Assembly: GCA_048571215.1 (NCBI GenBank)
Contig: CP182352.1
Coordinates: forward strand, 416,001-480,000
Reading direction: 5' to 3'
DNA: 64,000 nucleotides
Source: Halarcobacter sp.
GTDB taxonomy: Bacteria; Campylobacterota; Campylobacteria; Campylobacterales; Arcobacteraceae
The notes under the pieces are model-generated. The model did no database searches. It saw only the letters and a list, made by a program, of their open reading frames with translations, and had not been told where the DNA came from. A program made the position numbers and the translations under genes. This document shows positions 63,399-64,000 of this stretch, in pieces. Position 1 is the stretch's first letter; every line of letters starts with the position of its first letter.

Positions 63399-64000
63399 TT
63401 ATACAGCATAGTCAACACTACTAACAATCCCTGCTTCTCCATTCTCTTTTAAGAAAAAGCTTGCCTCTTTCATATTTGCTTTAATATCATTGTATCCATT
63501 TGCATAATTAAAATCAGTTTTAACCCCTGCTAGATAGATTGCCCCAACTCCTGCTTGACCTAAAGTGATTAAAGAGTTATTTCCATTTTCATCTTTTTCC
63601 CAAATTCTTAATTGACTAAAGATAGAATCATTTTCATCTATCCAATTGTTTCCATCCTCATCATAAGCTCTAAGCTCTTCAAATCCATCACCTGTATTTG
63701 GACCAAATAACTCATTACCATTATCGATATTTCCATTATTGTTTTTATCCAAAGCTAAGTAACCTGTTCCATTTACAAGTTCTGGAATAGTCTCATTTTC
63801 ACCATCACCATTTAAATCAAATTCAAAACTCATATTTTTGCTTATATTATCAAAACTTCCAATATCTGAATTATAATTGATTAGTAGAGGGTCTTGCATA
63901 GGAGCTCCAGCACTAATATTTATACTTTGTCTTTGATAAAACTCCTGTGTAAGTGACATATTGATATTAATATTAAACTCACCAGTATTAGTCTTTATTG
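63399..64000 (-). CDS. Paralog of 62312-63307 (5' end lies outside the window)
   Basis: Same DPL/FDLNGDG/NELFG motifs; frame open to 64000 (IKTNTGEFNININMSLTQEF aligns with VKTNKGQINIDLDISFSQKF). Confidence 0.88.
   Translation of the reverse strand, partial: IKTNTGEFNININMSLTQEFYQRQSINISAGAPMQDPLLINYNSDIGSFDNISKNMSFEFDLNGDGENETIPELVNGTGYLALDKNNNGNIDNGNELFGPNTGDGFEELRAYDEDGNNWIDENDSIFSQLRIWEKDENGNNSLITLGQAGVGAIYLAGVKTDFNYANGYNDIKANMKEASFFLKENGEAGIVSSVDYAV

Overview
AT-rich bacterial chromosome window whose gene set and protein style point to Campylobacterota, most likely an Arcobacter-group organism (inference). Core genes are purL (5' truncated), purH, metA, msrBA, rnhB, clpB and rpmH-rnpA-yidD-yidC-jag-mnmE. 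They alternate with three accessory blocks. (1) 5.2-19.6 kb holds an ERIC-like repeat, a 1067-aa orphan, an IS110 element, an MCP and a same-strand run of small, partly decayed genes with one attC-like hairpin. (2) 29-44.4 kb is a TonB/ExbBD locus with three TonB-dependent receptors and ABC uptake genes, plus a luciferase-like monooxygenase, a methyltransferase and a truncated globin; three of its upstream regions carry ModE-like boxes. (3) 56.7-64 kb, after mnmE, holds a proVWX operon with two lesions, bracketed by 34-bp inverted repeats and by copies of an EF-hand-like gene. The strongest result is the complete IS110 (8827-10116). Its upstream non-coding end carries four guide segments in bridge-RNA order that match the reconstructed 14-bp target (TTGCGGA-AC-TCGTC) and donor (GGTGGCA-AC-TTATA), and the target lies inside a palindromic repeat. 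An Amt-GGDEF fusion and a candidate sRNA with a C/U-rich loop are also present. No rRNA, tRNA or CRISPR array was seen. All assignments come from motifs read by eye; no searches were run.
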